Shown piece after piece: positions 26,912-39,400 of a DNA stretch of 56,942 bases. This DNA comes from Takakia lepidozioides (lineage: Eukaryota > Plantae > Bryophyta): the NCBI GenBank assembly GCA_030704615.1, contig JAKLZA010000373.1, positions 1 through 56,942 on the forward strand, written 5' to 3'. Within the stretch, counting starts at the first letter, position 1. Each line of letters opens with the position of its first letter. The notes beneath the pieces are model-generated. The model worked only from the letters and a program-made list of their open reading frames with translations, ran no database searches and had not been told where the DNA came from. The translations under genes were made by a program, and so were the position numbers.

Positions 26912-29531
26912 TTGGACATACCTTGTCACATGCTCCTCTCAAGTATGAAGTCAATCAAAATTGATTGAAAGGGTGAACCCATCGTTCGATGTTCAAATGA
27001 TTTTTGATTGCTTTCAAACATTGCGAGTGTGTTGGACATACCTTGTCACATGCTCCTCTCAAGTATGAAGTCAATCAAAATTGATTGAAAGGGTGAACCC
27101 ATCGTTCGATGTTCAAATGATCTTTGATTGCTTTCAAACATTGCGAGTGTGTTGGACATACCTTGTCAGAGGTACGTGTCAAGTATCAGTCAATCGAAAT
27201 TGATTCAAAGGGTGAACCCATCGTTCGATGTTCAAATGAATTTTTGATTGCTTTCAATCTTTGCGAGTGTGTTGGACATACCTTGTCACATGCTCCTCTC
27301 AAGTATGAAGTCAATCAAAATTGATTGAAAGGGTGAACCCATCGTTCGATGTTCAAATGATCTTTGATTGCTTTCAAACATTGCGAGTGTGTTGGACATA
27401 CCTTGTCAGAGGTACGTGTCGAGTATCAGGTCAATCGAAATTGATTCAAAGGGTGAACCCATCGTTCGATGTTCAAATGAATTTTTGATTGCTTTCAATC
27501 TTTGCGAGTGTGTTGGACATACCTTGTCACATGCTCCTCTCAAGTATGAAGTCAATCAAAATTGATTGAAAGGGTGAACCCATCGTTCGATGTTCAAATG
27601 ATCTTTGATTGCTTTCAAACATTGCGAGTGTGTTGGACATACCTTGTCAGAGGTACGTGTCGAGTATCAGGTCAATCGAAATTGATTGAAAGGGTGAACC
27701 CATCGTTCGATGTTCAAATGAATTTTTGATTGCTTTCAATCTTTGCGAGTGTGTTGGACATACCTTGTCACATGCTCCTCTCAAGTATGAAGTCAATCAA
27801 ATTGATTGAAAGGGTGAACCCATCGTTCGATGTTCAAATGAATTTTTGATTGCTTTCAATCTTTGCGAGTGTGTTGGACATACCTTGTCACATGCTCCTC
27901 TCAAGTATGAAGTCAATCAAAATTGATTGAAAGGGTGAACCCATCGTTCGATGTTCAAATGATTTTGATTGCTTTCAAACATTGCGAGTGTGTTGGACAT
28001 ACCTTGTCAGAGGTACGTGTCGAGTATCAGGTCAATCGAAATTGATTCAAAGGGTGAACCCATCGTTCGATGTTCAAATGAATTTTTGATTGCTTTCAAT
28101 CTTTGCGAGTGTGTTGGACATACCTTGTCACATGCTCCTCTCAAGTATGAAGTCAATCAAAATTGATTGAAAGGGTGAACCCATCGTTCGATGTTCAAAT
28201 GATTTTTGATTGCTTTCAAACATTGCGAGTGTGTTGGACATACCTTGTCACATGCTCCTCTCAAGTATGAAGTCAATCAAAATTGATTGAAAGGGTGAAC
28301 CCATCGTTCGATGTTCAAATGATTTTTGATTGCTTTCAAACATTGCGAGTGTGTTGGACATACCTTGTCAGAGGTACGTGTCAAGTATCATGTCAATCGA
28401 AATTGATTCAAAGGGTGAACCCATCGTTCGATGTTCAAATGAATTTTTGATTGCTTTCAATCTTTGCGAGTGTGTTGGACATACCTTGTCACATGCTCCT
28501 CTCAAGTATGAAGTCAATCAAAATTGATTGAAAGGGTGAACCCATCGTTCGATGTTCAAATGATCTTTGATTGCTTTCAAACATTGCGAGTGTGTTGGAC
28601 ATACCTTGTCAGAGGTACGTGTCGAGTATCAGGTCAATCGAAATTGATTCAAAGGGTGAACCCATCGTTCGATGTTCAAATGAATTTTTGATTGCTTTCA
28701 ATCTTTGCGAGTGTGTTGGACATACCTTGTCACATGCTCCTCTCAAGTATGAAGTCAATCAAAATTGATTGAAAGGGTGAACCCATCGTTCGATGTTCAA
28801 ATGATCTTTGATTGCTTTCAAACATTGCGAGTGTGTTGGACATACCTTGTCAGAGGTACGTGTCGAGTATCAGGTCAATCGAAATTGATTGAAAGGGTGA
28901 ACCCATCGTTCGATGTTCAAATGAATTTTTGATTGCTTTCAATCTTTGCGAGTGTGTTGGACATACCTTGTCACATGCTCCTCTCAAGTATGAGTCAATC
29001 GAAATTGATTGAAAGGGTGAACCCATCGTTCGATGTTCAAATGAATTTTGATTGCTTTCAATCTTTGCGAGTGTGTTGGACATACCTTGTCACATGCTCC
29101 TCTCAAGTATGAAGTCAATCAAAATTGATTGAAAGGGTGAACCCATCGTTCGATGTTCAAATGATTTTGATTGCTTTCAAACATTGCGAGTGTGTTGGAC
29201 ATACCTTGTCAGAGGTACGTGTCGAGTATCAGGTCAATCGAAATTGATTCAAAGGGTGAACCCATCGTTCGATGTTCAAATGAATTTTTGATTGCTTTCA
29301 ATCTTTGCGAGTGTGTTGGACATACCTTGTCACATGCTCCTCTCAAGTATGAAGTCAATCAAAATTGATTGAAAGGGTGAACCCATCGTTCGATGTTCAA
29401 ATGATTTTTGATTGCTTTCAAACATTGCGAGTGTGTTGGACATACCTTGTCACATGCTCCTCTCAAGTATGAAGTCAATCAAAATTGATTGAAAGGGTGA
29501 ACCCATCGTTCGATGTTCAAATGATCTTTGA

Positions 29532-30495
29532 TTGCTTTCAAACATTGCGAGTGTGTTGGACATACCTTGTCAGAGGTACGTGTCAAGTATCAGGTCAATC
29601 GAAATTGATTCAAAGGGTGAACCCATCGTTCGATGTTCAAATGAATTTTTGATTGCTTTCAATCTTTGCGAGTGTGTTGGACATACCTTGTCACATGCTC
29701 CTCTCAAGTATGAAGTCAATCAAAATTGATTGAAAGGGTGAACCCATCGTTCGATGTTCAAATGATTTTTGATTGCTTTCAAACATTGCGAGTGTGTTGG
29801 ACATACCTTGTCAGAGGTACGTGTCGAGTATCAGGTCAATCGAAATTGATTGAAAGGGTGAACCCATCGTTCGATGTTCAAATGAATTTTTGATTGCTTT
29901 CAATCTTTGCGAGTGTGTTGGACATACCTTGTCACATGCTCCTCTCAAGTATGAAGTCAATCGAAATTGATTGAAAGGGTGAACCCATCGTTCGATGTTC
30001 AAATGAATTTTTGATTGCTTTCAATCTTTGCGAGTGTGTTGGACATACCTTGTCACATGCTCCTCTCAAGTATGAAGTCAATCAAAATTGATTGAAAGGG
30101 TGAACCCATCGTTCGATGTTCAAATGATTTTTGATTGCTTTCAAACATTGCGAGTGTGTTGGACATACCTTGTCAGAGGTACGTGTCGAGTATCAGGTCA
30201 ATCGAAATTGATTCAAAGGGTGAACCCATCGTTCGATGTTCAAATGAATTTTTGATTGCTTTCAATCTTTGCGAGTGTGTTGGACATACCTTGTCACATG
30301 CTCCTCTCAAGTATGAAGTCAATCAAAATTGATTGAAAGGGTGAACCCATCGTTCGATGTTCAAATGATTTTTGATTGCTTTCAAACATTGCGAGTGTGT
30401 TGGACATACCTTGTCACATGCTCCTCTCAAGTATGAAGTCAATCAAAATTGATTGAAAGGGTGAACCCATCGTTCGATGTTCAAATGATTTTTGA
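29532..30495 (+). repeat. 8-monomer HOR variant (~963 bp; the 10-mer lacking one AB dimer)
   Basis: B spacing is 2,3,3 between B' units 29532 and 30496. The same variant occurs at 16894-17858 and ~50586-51546. Confidence 0.75.
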
Positions 30496-33400
30496 TTGCT
30501 TTCAAACATTGCGAGTGTGTTGGACATACCTTGTCAGAGGTACGTGTCAAGTATCAAGTCAATCGAAATTGATTCAAAGGGTGAACCCATCGTTCGATGT
30601 TCAAATGAATTTTTGATTGCTTTCAATCTTTGCGAGTGTGTTGGACATACCTTGTCACATGCTCCTCTCAAGTATGAAGTCAATCAAAATTGATTGAAAG
30701 GGTGAACCCATCGTTCGATGTTCAAATGATCTTTGATTGCTTTCAAACATTGCGAGTGTGTTGGACATACCTTGTCAGAGGTACGTGTCGAGTATCAGGT
30801 CAATCGAAATTGATTCAAAGGGTGAACCCATCGTTCGATGTTCAAATGAATTTTGATTGCTTTCAATCTTTGCGAGTGTGTTGGACATACCTTGTCACAT
30901 GCTCCTCTCAAGTATGAAGTCAATCAAAATTGATTGAAAGGGTGAACCCATCGTTCGATGTTCAAATGATCTTTGATTGCTTTCAAACATTGCGAGTGTG
31001 TTGGACATACCTTGTCAGAGGTACGTGTCGAGTATCAGGTCAATCGAAATTGATTGAAAGGGTGAACCCATCGTTCGATGTTCAAATGAATTTTTGATTG
31101 CTTTCAATCTTTGCGAGTGTGTTGGACATACCTTGTCACATGCTCCTCTCAAGTATGAGGTCAATCGAAATTGATTCAAAGGGTGAACCCATCGTTCGAT
31201 GTTCAAATGAATTTTTGATTGCTTTCAATCTTTGCGAGTGTGTTGGACATACCTTGTCACATGCTCCTCTCAAGTATGAAGTCAATCAAAATTGATTGAA
31301 AGGGTGAACCCATCGTTCGATGTTCAAATGATTTTTGATTGCTTTCAAACATTGCGAGTGTGTTGGACATACCTTGTCAGAGGTACGTGTCGAGTATCAG
31401 GTCAATCGAAATTGATTCAAAGGGTGAACCCATCGTTCGATGTTCAAATGAATTTTTGATTGCTTTCAATCTTTGCGAGTGTGTTGGACATACCTTGTCA
31501 CATGCTCCTCTCAAGTATGAAGTCAATCAAAATTGATTGAAAGGGTGAACCCATCGTTCGATGTTCAAATGATTTTGATTGCTTTCAAACATTGCGAGTG
31601 TGTTGGACATACCTTGTCACATGCTCCTCTCAAGTATGAAGTCAATCAAAATTGATTGAAAGGGTGAACCCATCGTTCGATGTTCAAATGATTTTTGATT
31701 GCTTTCAAACATTGCGAGTGTGTTGGACATACCTTGTCAGAGGTACGTGTCAAGTATCAGGTCAATCGAAATTGATTCAAAGGGTGAACCCATCGTTCGA
31801 TGTTCAAATGATTTTTGATTGCTTTCAATCTTGCGAGTGTGTTGGACATACCTTGTCACATGCTCCTCTCAAGTATGAGTCAATCAAAATTGATTGAAAG
31901 GGTGAACCCATCGTTCGATGTTCAAATGATCTTTGATTGCTTTCAAACATTGCGAGTGTGTTGGACATACCTTGTCAGAGGTACGTGTCGAGTATCAGGT
32001 CAATCGAAATTGATTCAAAGGGTGAACCCATCGTTCGATGTTCAAATGAATTTTGATTGCTTTCAACATTGCGAGTGTGTTGGACATACCTTGTCAGAGG
32101 TACGTGTCGAGTATGAGGTCAATCGAAATTGATTGAAAGGGTGAACCCATCGTTCGATGTTCAAATGAATTTTTGATTGCTTTCAATCTTTGCGAGTGTG
32201 TTGGACATACCTTGTCACATGCTCCTCTCAAGTATGAAGTCAATCAAAATTGATTGAAAGGGTGAACCCATCGTTCGATGTTCAAATGATTTTTGATTGC
32301 TTTCAAACATTGCGAGTGTGTTGGACATACCTTGTCAGAGGTACGTGTCGAGTATCAGGTCAATCGAAATGATTCAAAGGTGAACCCATCGTTCGATGTT
32401 CAAATGAATTTTTGATTGCTTTCAATCTTTGCGAGTGTGTTGGACATACCTTGTCACATGCTCCTCTCAAGTATGAAGTCAATCAAATTGATTGAAAGGG
32501 TGAACCCATTTCGATGTTCAAATGATTTTTGATTGCTTTCAAACATTGCGAGTGTGTTGGACATACCTTGTCACATGCTCCTCTCAAGTATGAAGTCAAT
32601 CAAAATTGATTGAAAGGGTGAACCCATCGTTCGATGTTCAAATGAATTTTTGATTGCTTTCAACATTGCGAGTGTGTTGGACATACCTTGTCAGAGGTAC
32701 GTGTCAGTATCAGGTCAATCGAAATTGATTCAAAGGGTGAACCCATCGTTCGATGTTCAAATGAATTTTTGATTGCTTTCAATCTTTGCGAGTGTGTTGG
32801 ACATACCTTGTCACATGCTCCTCTCAAGTATGAAGTCAATCGAAATTGATTGAAAGGGTGAACCCATCGTTCGATGTTCAAATGATTTTTGATTGCTTTC
32901 AATCTTTGCGAGTGTGTTGGACATACCTTGTCACATGCTCCTCTCAAGTATGAAGTCAATCAAAATTGATTGAAAGGGTGAACCCATCGTTCGATGTTCA
33001 AATGAATTTTTGATTGCTTTCAAACATTGCGAGTGTGTTGGACATACCTTGTCAGATGTACGTGTCGAGTATGAGGTCAATCAAATTGATTGAAAGGGTG
33101 AACCCATCGTTCGATGTTCAAATGATTTTTTGATTGCTTTCAATCATTGCGAGTGTGTTGGACATACCTTGTCACATGCTCCTCTCAGTATGAAGTCAAT
33201 CAAAATTGATTGAAAGGGTGAACCCATCGTTCGATGTTCAAATGATTTTTGATTGCTTTCAAACATTGCGAGTGTGTTGGACATACCTTGTCAGAGGTAC
33301 GTGTCAGTATCAAGTCAATCGAAATTGATTCAAAGGGTGAACCCATCGTTCGATGTTCAAATGAATTTTTGATTGCTTTCAATCTTTGCGAGTGTGTTGG

Positions 33401-36400
33401 ACATACCTTGTCACATGCTCCTCTCAAGTATGAAGTCAATCAAAATTGATTGAAAGGGTGAACCCATCGTTCGATGTTCAAATGATTTTTGATTGCTTTC
33501 AATCTTTGCGAGTGTGTTGGACATACCTTGTCACATGCTCCTCTCAGTATGAAGTCAATCAAAATGATTGAAAGGGTGAACCCATCGTTCGATGTTCAAA
33601 TGATTTTTGATTGCTTTCAAACATTGCGAGTGTGTTGGACATACCTTGTCAGAGGTACGTGTCAAGTATCAGGTCAATCGAAATTGATTCAAAGGTGAAC
33701 CCATCGTTCGATGTTCAAATGAATTTTTGATTGCTTTCAATCTTTGCGAGTGTGTTGGACATACCTTGTCACATGCTCCTCTCAAGTATGAAGTCAATCA
33801 AAATTGATTGAAAGGGTGAACCCATCGTTCGATGTTCAAATGATTTTTGATTGCTTTCAACATTGCGAGTGTGTTGGACATACCTTGTCAGAGGTACGTG
33901 TGGAGTATCAGGTCAATCGAAATTGATTCAAAGGGTGAACCCATCGTTCGATGTTCAAATGAATTTTTGATTGCTTTCAATCTTTGCGAGTGTGTTGGAC
34001 ATACCTTGTCACATGCTCCTCTCAAGTATGAAGTCAATCAAATTGATTGAAAGGGTGAACCCATCGTTCGATGTTCAAATGAATTTTTGATTGCTTTCAA
34101 ACATTGCGAGTGTGTTGGACATACCTTGTCACATGCTCCTCTCAAGTATGAAGTCAATCAAAATTGATTGAAAGGTGAACCATCGTTCGATGTTCAAATG
34201 ATTTTTGATTGCTTTCAACATTTGCGAGTGTGTTGGACATACCTTGTCACAGTACGTGTCAAGTATGAAGTCAATCGAAATTGATTGAAAGGGTGAACCC
34301 ATCGTTCGATGTTCAAATGAATTTTTGATTGCTTTCAATCTTTGCGAGTGTGTTGGACATACCTTGTCACATGCGTCTCAAGTATGAGTCAATCAATTGA
34401 TTGAAAGGGTGAACCCATCGTTCGATGTTCAAATGATTTTTGATTGCTTTCAATCTTTGCGAGTGTGTTGGACATACCTTGTCACATGCTCCTCTCAGTA
34501 TGAAGTCAATCAAAATTGATTGAAAGGGTGAACCCATCGTTCGATGTTCAAATGATCTTTGATTGCTTTCAAACATTGCGAGTGTGTTGGACATACCTTG
34601 TCAGATGTTGTCGAGTATCAGGTCAATCGAAATTGATTCAAGGGTGAACCCATCGTTCGATGTTCAAATGAATTTTTGATTGCTTTCAATCTTGCGAGTG
34701 TGTTGGACATACCTTGTCACATGCTCCTCTCAAGTATGAAGTCAATCAAATTGATTGAAAGGGTGAACCCATCGTTCGATGTTCAAATGAATTTTGATTG
34801 CTTTCAAACATTGCGAGTGTGTTGGACATACCTTGTCACATGCTCCTCTCAGTATGAGTCAATCAAATTGATTGAAAGGGTGAACCCATCGTTCGATGTT
34901 CAAATGATTTTTGATTGCTTTCAATCTTTGCGAGTGTGTTGGACATACCTTGTCAGAGGTACGTGTCAAGTATCAAGTCAATCGAAATTGATTCAAAGGG
35001 TGAACCCATCGTTCGATGTTCAAATGAATTTTTGATTGCTTTCAATCTTTGCGAGTGTGTTGGACATACCTTGTCACATGCTCCTCTCAAGTATGAAGTC
35101 AATCGAAATTGATTCAAAGGTGAACCCATCGTTCGATGTTCAAATGAATTTTTGATTGCTTTCAATCTTTGCGAGTGTGTTGGACATACCTTGTCACATG
35201 CTCCTCTCAAGTATGAAGTCAATCAAAATTGATTGAAAGGGTGAACCCATCGTTCGATGTTCAAATGATTTTTGATTGCTTTCAAACATTGCGAGTGTGT
35301 TGGACATACCTTGTCAGAGGTACTTGTCGAGTATCAGGTCAATCAAAATTGATTCAAAGGGTGAACCCATCGTTCGATGTTCAAATGAATTTTGATTGCT
35401 TTCAATCTTTGCGAGTGTGTTGGACATACCTTGTCACATGCTCCTCTCAAGTATGAAGTCAATCAAAATTGATTGAAAGGGTGAACCCATCGTTCGATGT
35501 TCAAATGATCTTTGATTGCTTTCAAACATTGCGAGTGTGTTGGACATACCTTGTCAGAGGTACGTGTCGAGTATCATGTCAATCGAAATTGATTCAAAGG
35601 GTGAACCCATCGTTCGATGTTCAAATGATTTTTGATTGCTTTCAATCTTTGCGAGTGTGTTGGACATACCTTGTCACATGCTCCTCTCAAGTATGAAGTC
35701 AATCAAAATTGATTGAAGGGTGAACCCATCGTTCGATGTTCAAATGAATTTTTGATTGCTTTCAATCTTTGCGAGTGTGTTGGACATACCTTGTCACATG
35801 CTCCTCTCAAGTATGAAGTCAATCAAAATTGATTGAAAGGGTGAACCCATCGTTCGATGTTCAAATGATTTTGATTGCTTTCAAACATTGCGAGTGTGTT
35901 GGACATACCTTGTCAGAGGTACGTGTCAAGTATCATGTCAATCGAAATTGATTCAAAGGGTGAACCCATCGTTCGATGTTCAAATGATTTTTGATTGCTT
36001 TCAATCTTTGCGAGTGTGTTGGACATACCTTGTCACATGCTCCTCTCAAGTATGAAGTCAATCAAAATTGATTGAAAGGGTGAACCCATCGTTCGATGTT
36101 CAAATGATTTTTGATTGCTTTCAAACATTGCGAGTGTGTTGGACATACCTTGTCAGAGGTACGTGTCGAGTATCAAGGTCAATCGAAATTGATTGAAAGG
36201 GTGAACCCATCGTTCGATGTTCAAATGATTTTTGATTGCTTTCAATCTTTGCGAGTGTGTTGGACATACCTTGTCACATGCTCCTCTCAAGTATGAAGTC
36301 AATCAAAATTGATTGAAAGGGTGAACCCATCGTTCGATGTTCAAATGAATTTTTGATTGCTTTCAATCTTTGCGAGTGTGTTGGACATACCTTGTCACAT

Positions 36401-39400
36401 GCTCCTCTCAAGTATGAAGTCAATCAAATTGATTGAAAGGGTGAACCCATCGTTCGATGTTCAAATGATTTTTGATTGCTTTCAAACATTGCGAGTGTGT
36501 TGGACATACCTTGTCAGAGGTACTGTCGAGTATCAGGTCAATCGAAATTGATTCAAAGGGTGAACCCATCGTTCGATGTTCAAATGAATTTTTGATTGCT
36601 TTCAATCTTTGCGAGTGTGTTGGACATACCTTGTCACATGCTCCTCTCAAGTAGAAGTCAATCAAATTGATTGAAAGGGTGAACCCATCGTTCGATGTTC
36701 AAATGATTTTTGATTGCTTTCAAACATTGCGAGTGTGTTGGACATACCTTGTCACATGCTCCTCTCAAGTATGAAGTCAATCAAAATTGATTGAAAGGTG
36801 AACCCATCGTTCGATGTTCAAATGATTTTTGATTGCTTTCAAACATTGCGAGTGTGTTGGACATACCTTGTCAGAGGTACGTGTCGAGTATCAGGTCAAT
36901 CGAAATTGATTCAAAGGGTGAACCCATCGTTCGATGTTCAAATGATTTTTGATTGCTTTCAATCTTTGCGAGTGTGTTGGACATACCTTGTCACATGCTC
37001 CTCTCAAGTATGAAGTCAATCAAATTGATTGAAAGGGTGAACCCATCGTTCGATGTTCAAATGATCTTTGATTGCTTTCAAACATTGCGAGTGTGTTGGA
37101 CATACCTTGTCAGAGGTACGTGTCGAGTATCAGTCAATCGAAATTGATTCAAAGGGTGAACCCATCGTTCGATGTTCAAATGAATTTTTGATTGCTTTCA
37201 ATCTTTGCGAGTGTGTTGGACATACCTTGTCACATGCTCCTCTCAAGTATGAAGTCAATCAAATTGATTGAAAGGGTGAACCCATCGTTCGATGTTCAAA
37301 TGATTTTTTGATTGCTTTCAAACATTGCGAGTGTGTTGGACATACCTTGTCACATGCTCCTCTCAAGTATGAAGTCAATCAAAATTGATTGAAAGGGTGA
37401 ACCCATCGTTCGATGTTCAAATGATTTTTGATTGCTTTCAAACATTGCGAGTGTGTTGGACATACCTTGTCAGAGGTACGTGTCGAGTATCAGGTCAATC
37501 GAAATTGATTCAAAGGGTGAACCCATCGTTCGATGTTCAAATGAATTTTTGATTGCTTTCAATCTTTGCGAGTGTGTTGGACATACCTTGTCACATGCTC
37601 CTCTCAAGTATGGTCAATCGAAATTGATTGAAAGGGTGAACCCATCGTTCGATGTTCAAATGATTTTTGATTGCTTTCAATCTTTGCGAGTGTGTTGGAC
37701 ATACCTTGTCACATGCTCCTCTCAAGTATGAAGTCAATCAAAATTGATTGAAAGGGTGAACCCATCGTTCGATGTTCAAATGAATTTTTGATTGCTTTCA
37801 AACATTGCGAGTGTGTTGGACATACCTTGTCACAGGTACGTCTCAAGTATGAGTCAATCGAAATTGATTCAAAGGGTGAACCCATCGTTCGATGTTCAAA
37901 TGAATTTTTGATTGCTTTCAATCTTTGCGAGTGTGTTGGACATACCTTGTCACATGCTCCTCTCAAGTATGAAGTCAATCAAATTGATTGAAAGGGTGAA
38001 CCCATCGTTCGATGTTCAATGATCTTTGATTGCTTTCAAACATTGCGAGTGTGTTGGACATACCTTGTCAGAGGTACGTGTCGAGTATCAAGTCAATCGA
38101 AATTGATTGAAAGGGTGAACCCATCGTTCGATGTTCAAATGAATTTTTTGATTGCTTTCAATCTTTGCGAGTGTGTTGGACATACCTTGTCACATGCTCC
38201 TCTCAAGTATGAAGTCAATCAAATTGATTGAAAGGGTGAACCCATCGTTCGATGTTCAAATGATTTTTGATTGCTTTCAATCTTTGCGAGTGTGTTGGAC
38301 ATACCTTGTCACATGCTCCTCTCAAGTATGAAGTCAATCAAATTGATTGAAAGGGTGAACCCATCGTTCGATGTTCAAATGATTTTTGATTGCTTTCAAA
38401 CATTGCGAGTGTGTTGGACATACCTTGTCAGAGGTACTGTCAAGTATCAAGTCAATCGAAATTGATTCAAAGGGTGAACCCATCGTTCGATGTTCAAATG
38501 AATTTTTGATTGCTTTCAATCTTTGCGAGTGTGTTGGACATACCTTGTCACATGCTCCTCTCAAGTATGAAGTCAATCAAATTTGATTGAAAGGGTGAAC
38601 CCATCGTTCGATGTTCAAATGATTTTTGATTGCTTTCAAACATTGCGAGTGTGTTGGACATACCTTGTCAGAGGTACGTGTCGAGTATCAGGTCAATCGA
38701 AATTGATTGAAAGGGTGAACCCATCGTTCGATGTTCAAATGAATTTTTGATTGCTTTCAATCTTTGCGAGTGTGTTGGACATACCTTGTCACATGCTCCT
38801 CTCAAGTATGAGGTCAATCAAAATTGATTCAAAGGGTGAACCCATCGTTCGATGTTCAAATGATTTTTGATTGCTTTCAAACATTGCGAGTGTGTTGGAC
38901 ATACCTTGTCACATGCTCCTCTCAGTATGAAGTCAATCAAAATTGATTGAAAGGGTGAACCCATCGTTCGATGTTCAAATGATTTTGATTGCTTTCAAAC
39001 ATTGCGAGTGTGTTGGACATACCTTGTCAGAGGTACGTGTCGAGTATCAGTCAATCGAAATTGATTCAAAGGGTGAACCCATCGTTCGATGTTCAAATGA
39101 ATTTTTGATTGCTTTCAATCTTTGCGAGTGTGTTGGACATACCTTGTCACATGCTCCTCTCAAGTATGAAGTCAATCAAAATTGATTGAAAGGGTGAACC
39201 CATCGTTCGATGTTCAAATGATTTTTGATTGCTTTCAACATTGCGAGTGTGTTGGACATACCTTGTCACATGCTCCTCTCAAGTATGAAGTCAATCAAAA
39301 TTGATTGAAAGGGTGAACCCATCGTTCGATGTTCAAATGATTTTTGATTGCTTTCAAACATTGCGAGTGTGTTGGACATACCTTGTCACAGGTACTCTCA

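Larger units (their letters stand above)
25925..29531 (+). repeat. Three consecutive copies of the 10-monomer higher-order repeat (~1202 bp)
   Basis: B' units are indexed at 25925, ~27128, 28330 and 29532. The order in each copy is B'-A-B-A-B''-C(-like)-A-B-A-A, where B'' has TTGATTGAAAG instead of TTGATTCAAAG. Confidence 0.85.
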
